Positions 60,775 through 64,000 of a stretch of DNA of 64,000 bases are shown one piece after another (the stretch's first letter is position 1; the number at the start of each line of letters is the position of its first letter). The stretch comes from Prochlorococcus sp. AG-402-K22 (GTDB lineage Bacteria; Cyanobacteriota; Cyanobacteriia; PCC-6307; Cyanobiaceae). The position numbers were made by a program, and so were the translations under genes. The stretch lies in contig QCIJ01000007.1 in assembly GCA_003216755.1 (NCBI GenBank), positions 10,190 to 74,189 of the forward strand, in the 5' to 3' direction. Below the pieces are notes generated by a model that did not search any database, had not been told where the DNA came from, and was given only the letters and a program-made list of their open reading frames with translations.

Positions 60775-62241
60775 ATGAATGCTTGGTGTAGAAATTTAGA
60801 GTTACTTATAAAATCAAGAACCTCATTAATTTGGATAAGGACTAAAGAAGAAGAAAGATTAGAAAAGTTAGTTAATTTATCTTGTGAAAAATTAAATATC
60901 AAAAGATTCGTTTGCTGGGATTGTGTTAGCGGTCTTAAAGGATTAATTAATGAAGAAGGTAAATTTTCTAACAATCCATTAGGAGTTCTTAATTGGCTTA
61001 AGGAACAAAATTCTGGAGCATCGACAATATTAATGGTTAAAGATTTTCATAAATTTTATGATGATCCAACTATAAATAGAACTATCAAAGAACTTTCTTC
61101 TGCGCTTAAGGAAACTAGTCATAATTTAATTATTATTTCACATCTATTCCCTTCATCAGAGGAGCTTGATGAGTTAATGACAATTATAAACTTACCCTTG
61201 CCTGATCAAAATGAATTAAAAAATCTAATAAAAAAAATTGCTACCAACACCAATTCAAATCTTGCTGAACAAGACTTAAATGAACTTTCTATAGCTTCAA
61301 GTGGATTAACAGAAATAAAAGTAAAGCAAGTTACTGCAAAGGCACTTGCTCAAAGAGGAAAAATAAGTAAAAAAGATATCAAAGATATTCTTGAAGAGAA
61401 GAAACAAGTGATTGCCAGAAGTGAAATTTTAGAATTTTTTGAAGCCAAATCAAGTCAGGATGATATTGGCGGTTTAAGTGTTTTAAAAGTTTGGCTCAAT
61501 CAAAGATATAGGGCCTTTTCTAAAGAAGCTAGAGACTACGGACTACCTATTCCAAAAGGGGTCTTACTTGTAGGAGCACAAGGAACAGGGAAATCTCTTA
61601 CTGCAAAATCAATTTCTAAGAGTTGGTCTATGCCTCTTCTTAGATTAGATGTGGGAAGACTATTTTCAAGCCTTGTTGGTTCAAGCGAGGCAAGAACAAG
61701 AGAAACAATATCTAGAGCTGAGGCGATGTCCCCTTGTATTCTTTGGATTGATGAAATTGATAAAGGCTTTGGTGGCGATGCCAGAAGTGACGGAGGTACA
61801 AGTCAAAGGGTATTGGCAAGTTTACTGACTTGGATGTCTGAAAAAGAATCCTCTGTGTTTGTCATTGCAACCGCTAATGCTATAGATAAGCTCCCTGCTG
61901 AATTATTAAGGAAAGGTAGGTTTGATGAGATTTTTTTTCTTGATCTACCAAATTCAGAAGAAAGATCGAGCATTCTTGATTTGCACTTAAAAAAAAGAAG
62001 ACCAAGTTATAGTTTCCCTCTCTCCACCATAATTGACAGAACAGATGGGTTCTCTGGGGCAGAACTTGAACAAGCTGTAATAGAGGGTATGCACATTTCA
62101 TTTTCTGAAAATAGAGAGCTTATGGAAAAAGATCTAATAAAGGCAGTTTCTGAATTAGTTCCTTTATCCAGAACAGCTAAAGAGCAAATTGATTTACTAA
62201 AAAAATGGTCATCTACCGGGCGTGCTCGTTCTGCGTCCTAA
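60775..62241 (+). CDS. Ycf46-like AAA+ ATPase
   Basis: GAQGTGKS, WIDEIDK, LLRKGRFDE. Confidence 0.9.
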   Translation: MNAWCRNLELLIKSRTSLIWIRTKEEERLEKLVNLSCEKLNIKRFVCWDCVSGLKGLINEEGKFSNNPLGVLNWLKEQNSGASTILMVKDFHKFYDDPTINRTIKELSSALKETSHNLIIISHLFPSSEELDELMTIINLPLPDQNELKNLIKKIATNTNSNLAEQDLNELSIASSGLTEIKVKQVTAKALAQRGKISKKDIKDILEEKKQVIARSEILEFFEAKSSQDDIGGLSVLKVWLNQRYRAFSKEARDYGLPIPKGVLLVGAQGTGKSLTAKSISKSWSMPLLRLDVGRLFSSLVGSSEARTRETISRAEAMSPCILWIDEIDKGFGGDARSDGGTSQRVLASLLTWMSEKESSVFVIATANAIDKLPAELLRKGRFDEIFFLDLPNSEERSSILDLHLKKRRPSYSFPLSTIIDRTDGFSGAELEQAVIEGMHISFSENRELMEKDLIKAVSELVPLSRTAKEQIDLLKKWSSTGRARSAS

Positions 62242-62367
62242 TCAAATTATAATTTACTAAAAATATTACATAAGTTAGGAATCATTAATTAAGTTAATTT
62301 TTCACCAAAAATCTCTAATAATGAATTTATATTAACTATCTTAATTAAGGTATAAAACAAAAAAAGA

Positions 62368-63645
62368 GTGTTAGATCAAAAATTAATAAGAGAAAATCCA
62401 ACATCTGTTGAAGAGAATTTATCCTTAAGAGGAAAAGTTTATAACATATCTCAAATTCACGAATTAACTGTTAAAAAAAAGGAAATTGATATAGAAATAT
62501 CCTCCCTCCAATCTGAAAGCAAAAAATTAAGTAAATTAATTGGTCAAGAAATTAGTAAATCTCAAAACAATGATTCTCAAGAACTAAATAATTTAAAGAA
62601 AAAAGGAAATGATTACAGAACCAGAATTTCTGAATATGAAGAGAAAAAAAGAATATTAGATAAACATATACATAATGAGATTAGTAACTTACCAAATTTT
62701 CCGAGTAAAGATGCACCAATCGGAAAAGATGAAAGTAATAATATCCAAGTGAAAACTTGGGGAGATCCTTTGAGAAAAGATAACCTTAAATCTCACTGGG
62801 AAATAGGCGAAAGTCTAAATCTTTTTGACTCTATAAAATCAACAAAAATTTCAAAAAGTCGTTTTATTACACTTATCGGTAATGGAGCCAAGTTAGAGAG
62901 GGCATTGATTAATTTTATGCTCGACATGCATACTAAAAATGGTTATTTAGAGTTAATCCCTCCAGCTTTAATAAACTCAGAAAGTCTTCAAGGATCTGGG
63001 CAATTACCTAAATTTTCCAAAGAGAGTTTTAAGTGTACTAATGACGATTTATGGCTCTCTCCTACAGCTGAAGTTCCACTAACTGCTTTTCATAAGAATG
63101 AGATTATTGATCCCAAACTTTTACCTATTAAGTATGTTGCATATAGCCCATGTTTTAGAAGGGAAGCTGGAAGTTATGGGAGGGACACAAAGGGTTTAAT
63201 AAGACTTCATCAATTTAATAAAGTTGAGCTATATTGGTTTTGTGATCCAAGTAGATCCTTAGAAGCTCATAAAAAAATTACTGCTGATGCGGAAAGCATT
63301 TTAAAAAAACTAAACCTACCCTACAGATTGGTAGATATATGCACAGGAGATTTAGGATTTTCTTCCAGTAGAACTTTTGATCTTGAAGTTTGGCTACCTA
63401 GTAGTAAATGTTATAGAGAAATCTCAAGTTGCAGCAATTGTTTAGACTTTCAAGCACGTAGATCATCAATAAGAACAAAAATTGATAAAAAAAATACATA
63501 TTTACATACCTTAAATGGCAGTGGCCTTGCAATTGGGAGAACAATGGCTGCGATTCTTGAGAATGGCCAACAAACTGATGGGAGCGTTAAAATTCCAGAT
63601 GCTTTAGTTCCTTATTTTGGGTCAAATTTTTTAAAAACTTCTTAA
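62368..63645 (+). CDS. serS: Seryl-tRNA synthetase
   Basis: PTAEVP, FRREAG, EISSCSN, HTLNGSG. Confidence 0.98.
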   Translation: MLDQKLIRENPTSVEENLSLRGKVYNISQIHELTVKKKEIDIEISSLQSESKKLSKLIGQEISKSQNNDSQELNNLKKKGNDYRTRISEYEEKKRILDKHIHNEISNLPNFPSKDAPIGKDESNNIQVKTWGDPLRKDNLKSHWEIGESLNLFDSIKSTKISKSRFITLIGNGAKLERALINFMLDMHTKNGYLELIPPALINSESLQGSGQLPKFSKESFKCTNDDLWLSPTAEVPLTAFHKNEIIDPKLLPIKYVAYSPCFRREAGSYGRDTKGLIRLHQFNKVELYWFCDPSRSLEAHKKITADAESILKKLNLPYRLVDICTGDLGFSSSRTFDLEVWLPSSKCYREISSCSNCLDFQARRSSIRTKIDKKNTYLHTLNGSGLAIGRTMAAILENGQQTDGSVKIPDALVPYFGSNFLKTS

Positions 63646-63654
63646 TATAAAAAA

Positions 63655-64000
63655 ATGAATGTATTAACCTCAATAACAGTTCTGGGATTTCTCATTTTTT
63701 TTCATGAAATGGGACATTTTCTTGCAGCAATTTTACAAGGTATCTATGTTGATGGTTTCTCAATTGGATTTGGACCCTCAATAATTCAGAAAAAATATAA
63801 AGATATTACTTTTTCATTTAGAGCTTTTCCTCTAGGAGGCTTTGTTTCCTTTCCTGATGAAGAACTTAATAATATTGACTCCAAAGATCCAAATCTTTTA
63901 AAAAATAGGCCAATATTTCAGAGAGTTATTGTAATCTCAGCTGGAGTATTCGCCAACTTAATTCTTGCTTATTCAATCTTAATTATAAATGTAACTACTG
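63655..64000 (+). CDS. rseP: RIP metalloprotease RseP, 5' part (truncated by the window edge)
   Basis: MNVLTSITVLGFLIFFHEMGHF (HExxH), FSIGFGP, PLGGFV. Confidence 0.93.
   Translation, partial: MNVLTSITVLGFLIFFHEMGHFLAAILQGIYVDGFSIGFGPSIIQKKYKDITFSFRAFPLGGFVSFPDEELNNIDSKDPNLLKNRPIFQRVIVISAGVFANLILAYSILIINVTT

Noticed and set aside
323-62101. Many short antisense or alternative-frame ORFs in the track (e.g. 8241-8591, 19625-19960, 39102-39380, 39390-39728, 54001-54378, 60672-60974)
   Set aside because: They lie inside well-supported genes and have no motifs; the Met-rich frames in the MORN gene are by-products of its repeat codons

Overview
Strongly AT-rich window from a Prochlorococcus high-light-type chromosome (inferred from psbD-psbC, a pcb/isiA-type antenna gene, isiB, som-type porin and the gene order). 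About 12.8-37.3 kb and 44.5-64 kb are ordinary core genes (ychF, polA, cysS, dxr, pntAB, trxB, infA, petM, ilvN, ycf4, psbDC, maf, cobQ, glyQ, sppA, aroH, rpmH-rnpA-yidC, serS, rseP). There are four accessory parts. (1) 1-4.9 kb is a signalling module: CHAT, DUF928, CHASE2-class III cyclase, a Popeye-like cNMP-binding membrane protein and a GATase-like enzyme. (2) A 7.46-kb integrase-less element sits in the 3' end of ychF. It is bounded by a 15-bp direct repeat that replaces the ychF stop, has paired 11-bp arm-like repeats at both ends, and carries an 1818-aa cadherin/Ig/cohesin-like/dockerin protein. (3) A 2.9-kb integrase-less element sits at tRNA-Ser(CGA). It has a 17-bp direct repeat and 12-bp and 10-bp arm-like repeats, one copy of which separates two cargo genes like cassettes, next to an older att scar. 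(4) An iron-related cluster: futA, piuC, a small secreted Cys-loop peptide and a porin, with pcb/isiB nearby. The best candidate for an undescribed system is the pair of non-autonomous integrative cargo shuttles, especially the ychF-targeting one. The cNMP module is second. All family calls are from motif recognition by eye; no database searches were run.
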